Shown here piece by piece: positions 1-7,670 of a stretch of DNA of 12,972 nucleotides. The translations under genes and the position numbers were made by a program. The DNA lies in the NCBI RefSeq assembly GCF_006345805.1, contig NW_021826288.1, positions 1 to 12,972 on the forward strand, in the 5' to 3' direction. Below the pieces are notes generated by a model. That model made no database searches and was not told the origin of the DNA. It worked only from the letters and a program-made list of their open reading frames with translations. Source of the DNA: Octopus sinensis. Taxonomy: Eukaryota. Within the stretch, counting starts at the first letter, position 1. Every line of letters begins with the position of its first letter.

Positions 1-135
1 TGGCTCTCGGTACTTATAGCCTGCAACTTATATTATCTATATGCGTTTGTCGAACCGCCAAGTTTGTGTGGATGTGAACAAACCATCACCGGTTATCAAG
101 CGGTGAGGAGGACAAACACGTACATAAAAAAAGTC
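1..135 (-). mobile_element. Diverged 3' half of SINE family 1 (same family as 2160-2618)
   Basis: Reverse complement aligns with 2425-2540, e.g. GTCGAACCGCCAAG vs reverse complement of GCAGTTCGGCAAAAG, and TATCAAGCGGTGAGGAGGACAAAC vs reverse complement of TTGTCCCCATCACCGCTTGAA. It runs into an AC-rich tract, as does the internal microsatellite of the full copy. Confidence 0.7.
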
Positions 136-180
136 ACACATATATACATTACATACATTAATACATACTTTACACATACC

Positions 181-195
181 TCTGTGTGTGTTGTG

Positions 196-226
<31 letters not shown>

Positions 227-325
227 TATGTTGTGTATGTGCGTGTGTGTGCACGTGAAAGGCGCGGTGGTTTAGCGGTTAGGGTATTCGGGTCACAAAT
301 ATATGTGTGTGTGTGTATGTGTGTG

Positions 326-358
<33 letters not shown>
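181..358. repeat. (GT)n, (AT)n and (AC)n microsatellites, interrupted by a SINE head at 254-299
   Basis: Directly visible dinucleotide runs at 181-251 and 301-358. Confidence 0.95.
254..299 (+). mobile_element. 3'-truncated tRNA-like head of SINE family 3
   Basis: GTGAAAGGCGCGGTGGTTTAGCGGTTAGGGTATTCGGGTCAC resembles the minus-strand head ending at 9614 (GTGAAGGCGCATGGCTTAGTGGTTAGGGAATTTGGCTCCCG). It has an A-box but is cut off before the B-box. Confidence 0.65.
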
Positions 359-362
<4 letters not shown>

Positions 363-755
363 GGTGCGATAAGTAAATTGTCGCCATTTTATATTTTTAA
401 TTTCGCGCATGTTGCATTGTTGGTTTTTGATTTTGTCGACTACACAGTATAGTAGGGTCTGTTGAGCACCGTCTGTGTAAAAACCAGCATCATAACACAA
501 TTCACTCTGCTAAAATTTGGAAACGACGTGCTGTACCTTTTGATATTCGCGCCGGAAGCTCCAATACGAACACTTCAGAGTACTTGGGTGTCAATCTGAA
601 GACAGTCGCAATCTGAGAACATGTACCCGAGTGTATAAAAATCAAACATCCAGTCAACATCATGGGGTTTGGAGTGGTCACTAGCGATGGCGACGTTATG
701 TCACCATTCATCTTCCCGCACGGCCTCAGACTCAACGCGGAGGCCTACGTTGCTG
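358..755 (+). mobile_element. Internally deleted, defective Tc1/mariner-superfamily transposon (probably maT/DD37D-like)
   Basis: Frame from 506 reads SAKIWKRRAVPFDIRAGSSNTNTSEYLGVNLKTVAI*EHVPECIKIKHPVNIMGFGVVTSDGDVMSPFIFPHGLRLNAEAY. An N-terminal HTH-like start is fused directly to the K-H-P-x-x-(I/V)-M-(V/G)-(F/W)-G segment that follows the first catalytic Asp in these transposases. The 5' end CAGAGGGTGCG resembles a CAGGGTG-type TIR. Subfamily call is from recall. Confidence 0.8.
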
Positions 756-840
756 GCGATGTTATGGTGTTGTTAGTAGTTGACACACATCGCAAGATTT
801 ATTATAATTTTTTGCTTTTTTTTTTTTTTTTTTTTTTTAG

Positions 841-1007
841 GTCTTAAAATTTGGGCCTATACAGTCACAGAAACTGGCACACGTTTTACACTCGATTACG
901 GCTACCCGAAGAGAATGGGAGACCAGAGAGTTTCACATATGGATGCTCTGGTCGGGTTCGACATGTCGTATATGCATTATAAATCAGTCAGGCTTTTTAT
1001 ATTAAAG
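841..1007 (+). CDS. Internal exon of a hemopexin-repeat protein (probable matrix metalloproteinase C-terminal domain)
   Basis: Long poly-T tract + TAG acceptor (839-840) and AAG|GTAAGT donor (1008). The 167 nt exon starts in phase 1 and ends in phase 0. It reads (G)LKIWAYTVTETGTRFTLDYGYPKRMGDQRVSHMDALVGFDMSYMHYKSVRLFILK, with hemopexin motifs W-x-Y, GYPK, DA and F-x-x-K(G). Confidence 0.88.
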
Positions 1008-1388
1008 GTAAGTCATTGTTAAATATAATTTAGTTTGTTCTCATTCGTTTACCTGTTCAAAGCATTTGTCCTAAACGTCCATGTTCGTTTTCAGAAATTC
1101 TAGGTCGCCCTTGCTTCACGAGTTCTAATCAATATATAGCTTTCCCTTCATAAGAACCGAGTTACTCCGGTGGTTGAAAACACGCGGAACGTGTATCACG
1201 TATGATGGCAGAGATGCCATGAAAATATGTCTTGTGTGTCGAATGCGATACACAGGACGGGTAACGGGTTAACCCTTCTCATCGTTAACATCAAATTACC
1301 TACTGCTACTGCTGCTGCTGCCGCTGCTGCTGTTGTTTTTGTTGTTGTTGTTGTTGTTATACACTCTCCTATTTATTCTCTTTCGCAG

Positions 1389-1530
1389 GGCAGAAGATTC
1401 TGGGAAGTGGTTCCTAAATACAACTACGTTGGTGGTGCTTACTCAATCACGCATTTCTTCGAAATATTCCAAACCGCTACGACACAACATTGACCGTTAA
1501 TGACGTTGTGTACTTTGTGTCCAATAACAT
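1389..1530 (+). CDS. Next exon of the hemopexin-repeat gene, with an apparent 1-nt deletion frameshift near 1450-1460
   Basis: Acceptor TTATTCTCTTTCGCAG (1387-1388) and donor AT|GTGAGT (1531). Phase 0 start gives GRRFWEVVPKYNYVGGAYSITHF, joining exon 1 as FILK-GRRFW (cf. hemopexin FFKG-x-x-YW). The 3' half is hemopexin-like only in the shifted frame (codons from 1454): FLRNIPNRYDTTLTVNDVVYFVSNN, ending in phase 2. Confidence 0.82.
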
Positions 1531-1562
1531 GTGAGTAGTAACTCTTTTATATATATTTTATT

Positions 1563-1764
1563 GTCTTACTTCTTCGAGTTGCTGGTCTACGACCATGCTG
1601 GGGTTTTGCCACGGAGGCGTCGCGTCGAACAAATTGCCGCCGGTATTTATTTGGAGTCCGCTACTTATTCTATCTCTCTTCCTTTTGCCGAACCGTTTGC
1701 TTAACAAACCAACATCGGAAGTAAAATAATGGAGCGACAAATACAAACACTAAAACACGCATAG

Positions 1765-1816
<52 letters not shown>

Positions 1817-1850
1817 ACACACACACACATGCTCACTCACACACACGCAC
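1563..1850 (-). mobile_element. Diverged 3' half of SINE family 1 with its (AC)n tract (1766-1850)
   Basis: TACTTATTCTATCTCTCTTCCTTTTGCCGAACCG matches the reverse complement of 2484-2513 (GTTCGGCAAAAGAGACCGATAGAATAAGAA). CGACCATGCTGG matches the reverse complement of CCAGCTTGGCCG at 2581. Confidence 0.75.
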
Positions 1851-2110
1851 ACATATGTATGTATATGTAGGGGTTGTTTTATATATATATATTACGTAAA
1901 TATCGAGCGATGTGAGCATTGGCAGATAAAGGTTCTTTAGTTGTGGATTAAGGCTACCATCAGTTTCATGCTAAGGAAACCCACAATTATCAGGCCTATC
2001 ACATGGGACATCGATGTTCGTCTCCATTTTATTTATATATACACAGACGTGTCTGTGTGTGTGTGCATATGTGTATGGGTATATATGTGTGTGTGTGGTG
2101 TGTGTGTTTG

Positions 2111-2152
<42 letters not shown>

Positions 2153-2159
2153 AAGTATC

Positions 2160-2316
2160 AGGCGTGGCTGTGTGGTAAGAAGTTTGCTCCCTAGCCATAT
2201 AGTTCCGAGTTCAGTCCCACTGCGTGGCACCTTGGGCATGTGTCTTGTACTATAGCTTCAGGTCGACCAAAGCCTTGCGAGTGGATTTGGTAGACGGAAA
2301 CTGAAACAAGCTCGTC

Positions 2317-2359
<43 letters not shown>

Positions 2360-2384
2360 GTGTGCGTGCGTGCGTGTGTGTGTG

Positions 2385-2421
<37 letters not shown>

Positions 2422-2618
2422 AGCTTGTCCCCATCACCGCTTGAAGAGTGGTGTTGGTGTGTTAACGTTCCCTAAGATAGCAGTTCGGCAAAAGAGACCG
2501 ATAGAATAAGAACTAGGCTTTAAAAGCAAACGTACTGGGCTCGATTCATTCGACTAAAATTTTTGAAGGCACGATATACCCCAGCTTGGCCGCAGTCTAA
2601 TAAGAGAAACAGTGGAAT
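2160..2618 (+). mobile_element. Near full-length tRNA-derived SINE (family 1) with internal (GT)n at ~2320-2420
   Basis: A-box TGGCTGTGTGG (2165-2175) and B-box GAGTTCAGTCC (2207-2217), then GCACCTTGGGCATGTGTCTT, similar to the CORE-type ACCTTGGGCAAGT motif. Two further partial copies lie in this window. Confidence 0.85.
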
Positions 2619-2619
2619 A

Positions 2620-2755
2620 TATTTTATACATCCATATATATATATTTATATATATATATATAATATATATATATATATACATATATACATATGCATACAT
2701 ACGCCACATATATACATATGTGTATGTATGTGTAAACATATGTGTATGTGCGTAA
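2620..2755. repeat. (AT)n/(AC)n/(GT)n compound microsatellite
   Basis: Directly visible. Confidence 0.9.
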
Positions 2756-3119
2756 ATTTGTAGTATAAGACATGGATTCCGTGAAACGTGTGGCTATCAC
2801 AGAAAGCTCCTCTTACGGACTCGGCTAACAGTAAAACGAAAATGCGTCAAACGAAAAATCGTTAATGACATTCCAATATGTTGTTTACAGAAATTGAGAT
2901 GCTAATGGGTTAAACATTTGTTGGGACTACTGTGGTTTTGTCGATTATCCCCGCTACAAATAAAGACAACTTCATAATCGTTCTGCCAAAGACCTGATTG
3001 GTTGGTTGTTTGCTGACGTCATTAATTCCGGGTAATAAGCTGTTTGGGTGTTTACACTTGCTTTTCACGTCTGAAAAGTTCAATACACATATATCTGCAG
3101 CGGGGGGAGGGGGCATTTT

Positions 3120-3698
3120 GAATTTTCTTCAGGCCTCGTATCCCATCCTGCTCAGAAGGTCTCTAAATAAGGATTGTTTAAGGATGATCAACAAAACATC
3201 CATATTTCCAGAGATGGATTATTCAATCTCAAAAGAATTCCTCTCAGCATATCGCTGTGATACTCTCCCACTACTTCTGCTCGTGATCAGAGATGCTCAT
3301 ATCGTCAGCCACTAAGGGACATGCTCAACCGGTTACGGTCAAGCAACCGGTTAAGGCGACGAGCTGGCAGAAACGTTAGCACGCCGGGCGAAATGCTTAG
3401 CGGTATTTCGTCTGCATTACGTTGTGAGTTCAAATTCCGCCGAGGTCGACTTTGCCTTTCATCATCATCCTTCAGGTCGATAAATTAAGTACCCAGTTAC
3501 GCACTGGGTCGATGTAATCGACTTAATAACCTATGTCTGTCCTTGTTTGTCCCCTCTTGTTTAGCCCCTTGTGGGTAATAAAGAAATAGGTTAAGGTCAA
3601 GCAATTGTAGCTCATCTTTTATACCAAGACAAAACAATGTACATGATAACACTTCCAATCAGTTAAGATCAGTTAAGCCATGAGAGCCACTGCCTGGT
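3120..3698 (-). mobile_element. Partial copy of interspersed repeat X (3120-3346 and 3589-3698), split by a SINE insertion
   Basis: Aligns colinearly with 5496-5838, e.g. CTCGTGATCAGAGATGC, CGTCAGCCACTAAGGGACATGCTCAAC, CAAGACAAAACAATGTACATGATAA and CTTCCAATCAGTTAAGATCAG occur in both. Orientation inferred from the (AAT)n tail of the other copy. Confidence 0.8.
3353..3591 (+). mobile_element. Full-length tRNA-derived SINE (family 2)
   Basis: A-box-like TGGCAGAAACG, B-box GAGTTCAAATTCC (3426-3438), central TTTGCCTTTCATC...GGTCGATAAATTAAGTACC block resembling conserved metazoan SINE central domains (exact superfamily not assignable here), and 3' end AATAAAGAAATAGG. Three more copies in the window. 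Confidence 0.85.
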
Positions 3699-3898
3699 CG
3701 ACTTTGTACTTCATCCTTTCGGGGGTCGATAAATTAAGTACCAGTCACGCACTGGGGTCGATTTAATCGACTTAATCCGTGTGTCTGTCCTTGTTTGTCC
3801 TCTCTGTGTTTAGCCCCTTGTGGGTAGTAAAGCAATAGGTATTTATTATTATTATCATTATTCTTGTTGTTGTTATTATTATTGTACTGTTGTTGTTG
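3696..3898 (+). mobile_element. 5'-truncated SINE family 2 copy with (ATT)/(GTT) tail
   Basis: GGTCGACTTTG...TCATCCTTTCGGGGGTCGATAAATTAAGTACCAG...TTTAGCCCCTTGTGGGTAGTAAAGCAATAGG closely repeats 3444-3590. Confidence 0.85.
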
Positions 3899-4010
3899 CG
3901 GCTGTTGTCGGGGGGGGGGGGGGTAAAGGTGGTGGTGTGGTGGTGGTGGTGGTGGTGGTGGTGTGTTGCTTTTGTTGCTTGTGTTTACATTATCAATCTC
4001 TTCCTTTCAG

Positions 4011-4098
4011 GTTTTATCAAATGAAACTTCCCAGCAGGTCTGTGAGTTCCATCGGCATTCCTATGGAGAGTGTGCTGTTGAGATGTCGGAATTATTAA
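4011..4098 (+). CDS. Terminal coding exon of the hemopexin-repeat (MMP-like) gene
   Basis: Acceptor TCTCTTCCTTTCAG (4009-4010). AT from the previous exon + G gives ATG, then FYQMKLPSRSVSSIGIPMESVLLRCRNY* (TAA 4096-4098). The phase matches the shifted frame of exon 1389-1530, and a near-terminal Cys is typical of the disulfide closing MMP hemopexin domains. Confidence 0.8.
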
Positions 4099-4374
4099 GT
4101 CTTTTCATTTTTTATTAAGGAGCGACGGAGACGAAGGCGGTAAGGGTGGGGAATGGGGATTTGCATCAACATTCTTGACAAAGTCAGACAGTCTCTGATA
4201 ACCAGCGATAATACAACATAGGCTGCTGCTGCCGCTACTGCTGCTGCTGCTGCTGCCATCCTGATAATGTTGTTGTCGGTGTTATTGCTGTTGAGGAGGA
4301 ATTTCCTGCTGCAGCCGAAGATGTGGAACAGCATCCGTTATTGGGTTTCACACTGCTATATCGCATTACTGCAA

Positions 4375-4662
4375 CGACTACTACTCCTAGAACTACAACA
4401 ACTACTACTACGACTACTACTACTACTACTTCTACTACTACTACTACTAATAATAATAATAATTGTAATAATCCTTTCTACTAAAGGCACAAGGCCAGCA
4501 ATTTTGGGGAAGGGTACTTACTAGTCGATTACATCGACCCCAGTGCGTAACTGGTATTTATTTAATCGACACCGAAAGGATGAAAGGCAAAGTCGACCCC
4601 GGCGGAATTTGAACTCAGGACGTTGCGGCAGATGAAATACCGCTAAGCATTTCGCCCAGCAT
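4375..4662 (-). mobile_element. SINE family 2 copy (body ~4470-4662) with (ATT)n/(AGT)n tail extending to ~4375
   Basis: Reverse complement GCTGGGCGAAATGCTTAGCGGTATTTC...GAGTTCAAATTCCGCCGGGGTCGACTTTGCCTTTCATCCTTTCGG matches 3383-3470. Confidence 0.85.
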
Positions 4663-4677
4663 GTAGTGTGCAGGACA

Positions 4678-4880
4678 AAATTCTTAGCGATATTTCTTCC
4701 AGCTCTATTAAGGTCCTGAGTTCAAATCCCACATAGGTCATCTTTACCTTTCATCCTTTCGCGGTCGATGAAATAAGTATCAGTTGCGCACTTGGGGGTC
4801 GATGGTATTGACTGTCAACTCCCTTTTTTTCCTAAATTTGAAGCAATTATTATCATTATTGTTAATTGTTATTGTTATTT
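4678..4880 (+). mobile_element. 5'-truncated SINE family 2 copy with (ATT)-rich tail
   Basis: AAATTCTTAGCGATATTTC...TCCTGAGTTCAAATCCC...CCTTTCATCCTTTCGCGGTCGATGAAATAAGTATCAG matches the other family 2 copies. Confidence 0.8.
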
Positions 4881-5036
4881 ATTTTATACACAACATTGTA
4901 CCAAACCCCCACTTGTCCCTTGTGTCGTACTGTCCCTATTTGTCTTGTGTTCGGCACTTGAGGCCAATAAAGAAAACTTTATTACTATTATCACCATTAT
5001 TGTTGTTGTTGTTGTTATTGTTGTTATTATTATTAT

Positions 5037-5277
5037 GTTTTTTCATTCTTTCTTCAAATTTTCTTCCGTTTCTCGTCGAGTGTTTTCCATACACCTAGGG
5101 CAGAGAAGCTCATTGTATGCATTCCCAGATTACACACGCAAATTCACAGATAAAATATGTATTTAAAAATTAATAAATAAATAAATTCATGGATGGATGT
5201 TATTTTCACAGCGATAATGCTCTTCTCAGTACATGAGCCGTTCCAGTTAATACGATTTTTTGCACTTCCTGTAGGGA
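5037..5277 (-). mobile_element. Severely 5'-truncated R4/Dong-like non-LTR retrotransposon (copy C): last codons + 3' UTR; (AAT/AAC)n tail at 4981-5036
   Basis: 5277-5206 reads SLQEVQKIVLTGTAHVLRRALSL*, homologous to the ORF ends of copies A and B (shared TGAGAAGAGCATT). The 3' UTR motif GGAAAACACTCGACG (5073-5088) matches GGGAAGACACTCGGCA in A and B. Confidence 0.85.
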
Positions 5278-5278
5278 A

Positions 5279-5309
<31 letters not shown>

Positions 5310-5838
5310 GAGTGAGACAGCAGTGCATGCCATCAAAGTGACACTGGGGTAAAATATACGAAGCCCAGTATACCCATCATGACTACACGTCTGATAAGGG
5401 TACACCAGGCACATGCAACACAACCATATGTGCGCGATATGGTGATCTCATATGAAGATAAACAGCACATGACCTTGCAGGTGGGGGCCCAGTTAGAATT
5501 TTCTTCTGGTCGAGTAACCCATCCCGCTCAAAAGGTCCTTGAACAAGGGTTATTTAAGGATGTTAAATGAAACACCCATGTTTCCAGAGGTGAATTATTC
5601 AAACCCCCAAAGAATCCCTCTCAACACATGGCTATAATGCTCCCCCACTACTTCTACTCGTGATCAGAGATGCACATAGCGTCAGCCACTAAGGGACATG
5701 CTCAACTGGTTAAGGTCAAACAACTGACAAGCAAATCTGTGGTATTGAGCAGAATATTTGCCTGTAGCCCATCTTTTATATCAAGACAAAACAATGTACA
5801 TGATAAAACTTCCAATCAGTTAAGATCAGAAGCCATGA
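5310..5838 (-). mobile_element. Interspersed repeat X, non-coding, ending in an (AAT)n tail (5278-5309); probably a LINE 3' UTR or non-autonomous retroelement
   Basis: Second copy at 3120-3698. Ends ...CACTGCTGTCTCACTC(AAT)n on the minus strand. No recognisable ORF or Pol III boxes. Confidence 0.7.
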
Positions 5839-5843
5839 TATTC

Positions 5844-5890
<47 letters not shown>

Positions 5891-5940
5891 TATTATCATT
5901 ATATATATTATTATTATATTATTATTATTATTATTATTAT

Positions 5941-6822
5941 CATTTTTTTTTCTTTCAAATTTGCTTCATTTCTTGCCGAGTGTCTTCCCGACTCCTAGGG
6001 CAAAGAAATTCATAGTATACATTGGTGGGCCATTAAACGAAACTCAATAGTTCGTTCATTTTTTTTTTTTTTTATAAGTTAAATTAAAATACATGAGCAG
6101 CAACAGTTCTCACATCGACAATGCTCTTCTCAATACGTGTGATGTACCAGTTAAGACAATCTTTTGCACTTCTGCAGGGATGGAAGCCAGGGATCATTCT
6201 CATGTAATTTTCGGTTCCCTTCTTGATCATTCCTAGTGCTCCTACGATCACTGGTATTGTAACCGTCTTGAGATGCCCCATTTTCTCAATTTCAATGAGT
6301 AGGTCTTTATATTTTCTGAGCTTGTAAAACTCTTTCGCTGAGATATTATGATCACAGGGGATGCTCATGTCGATCAATAAGCAAACTTATTGTTTTGGTC
6401 TTTCACAAACAATATCTGGTTTATTGGCCTTCTGATGGTTCGGTCTGTATGTACTGGAAAGTCCCACAGAATGGTTACATTTTCTCCTTCAGTTACAGCC
6501 CTCAGGGTGGTGATTATACCACTTGTCGGCAGTTTTGATATTGTAATGCCGACTTATTAGCCAGTGGAGATATTGGCCAACTCTGTCATGTCTTAATTTA
6601 TACTCCACTGGTGCTAAGACTTTACATCCAGAGATTAGGTGGTCCACTGTTTCAATCATGTCGTTGCAGAATCGGCATTTTGGGTCTGCTCCATTTTTCA
6701 TCACATTGGCCTGGTAGTTCCGGGTTAATAGGCTTTGATCTTGAGCAGCCAGGATGAAACCTTCGCTCTCTGCTTTTAGCCCTGAGCTCCGTAGCCACTG
6801 GTGGGTTTGCTTCTGGTCAACA

Positions 6823-6824
<2 letters not shown>
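5941..6824 (-). mobile_element. 5'-truncated R4/Dong-like RLE non-LTR retrotransposon (copy A), frameshifted; (AAT)n tail at 5844-5940
   Basis: Reads DVDQKQTHQWLRSSGLKAESEGFILAAQDQSLLTRNYQANVMKNGADPKCRFCNDMIETVDHLISGC...YKLRHDRVGQYLHW...ILWDFPVHTDRT...KPDIV...LLIDMSIP...KLRKYKDL...IPVIVGALG. These are the CCHC knuckle, RHD motif and PD-(D/E)xK restriction-like endonuclease of R2/R4-group elements. AAQDQ...TRNY is typical of the R4 clade. Confidence 0.92.
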
Positions 6825-6868
<44 letters not shown>

Positions 6869-6884
6869 CATTAGTATTATTATT
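6825..6884. repeat. (ATT)n microsatellite abutting the 5' truncation point of LINE copy A
   Basis: Directly visible. Confidence 0.95.
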
Positions 6885-7286
6885 CAGTAGTCTTGATTCT
6901 TCTCTTGATCACCAACAGCACTTGCAAGATGCTACACTCTTTTGTACAGATGTGGAACCATGGGCACCTCTTGCAGTAGGTGTTACACTATTGTGTTCGG
7001 CGACCCTTCGTATGACATTTCAGTCCGCCTCCTCACGCCCATTCTTCTCCATGCACCCAGCAAGTCAAATGCAAATGCCGTGTAGTGCGTAATTGATATT
7101 TGCCTTGTGCTTAAGCGGCTTCTCTGATTACTTCTAGACCTTGTCTAAACAACGTTCGATGTCAAAGTGTACTTTCTGTCGACATAAAGGAATTCAGACC
7201 AAGGCCTTCACGAACAACTCCCTCGAGCTGCTCATGCCTGATGCAATCTTGCAATCTGAACCACTCCCCTCATCATGTACTGCATT

Positions 7287-7584
7287 CATGCGTACATACG
7301 TACATATATACATACATATATACATACATACATACATGCATACATGCATATATACATACATATATACATACATACATACATGCATACATGCATATATACA
7401 TACATACATACATACATACATACATACATGCATACATACATACATACATACATACATGCATGCATGCATGCGTATAAATATACATACATGCATACATGCA
7501 TGCATACATGCATACATGCATACAGGCATACATACATACATACATGCATACATACATACATACATACATGCATGCATGCATACA

Positions 7585-7618
<34 letters not shown>

Positions 7619-7639
7619 CATACATACATGCATGCATGC

Positions 7640-7670
<31 letters not shown>

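Noticed and set aside
1266-1275. Palindrome GGGTTAACCC
   Set aside because: A single 10-bp palindrome is expected by chance in 13 kb.
1391-1417. QKILGSGS resembling a kinase glycine-rich loop
   Set aside because: Ends at once in TAA, is out of phase with the upstream exon, and the hemopexin frame explains the sequence.
4011-4041. 31-nt micro-exon using GTGAGT at 4042
   Set aside because: The frame continues to a sensible hemopexin C-terminus with terminal Cys and stop, and no downstream acceptor exon was found; cannot be fully excluded as a minor donor.
4120-4139. 20-nt micro-exon (TTATTAAG acceptor, GTAAGG donor)
   Set aside because: Weak AAG acceptor just after the stop codon, with no partner exon or recognisable peptide.
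6016-6035. TATACATTGGTGGGCC as a Tc1/mariner TIR like the MITE end
   Set aside because: It matches 12885-12906 in the 3' UTR of LINE copy B, so it is LINE sequence.
5379-6050. ORFs 5379-5570, 5670-6050 and 2998-3315 as host genes
   Set aside because: They lie in repeat X or (TAT)n tails, and the frames are not preserved between the two X copies.
6934-7130. piggyBac C-terminal cysteine-rich domain
   Set aside because: Cys spacing fits poorly and there is no TIR or TTAA end; kept only as a weak CCHC-like observation.
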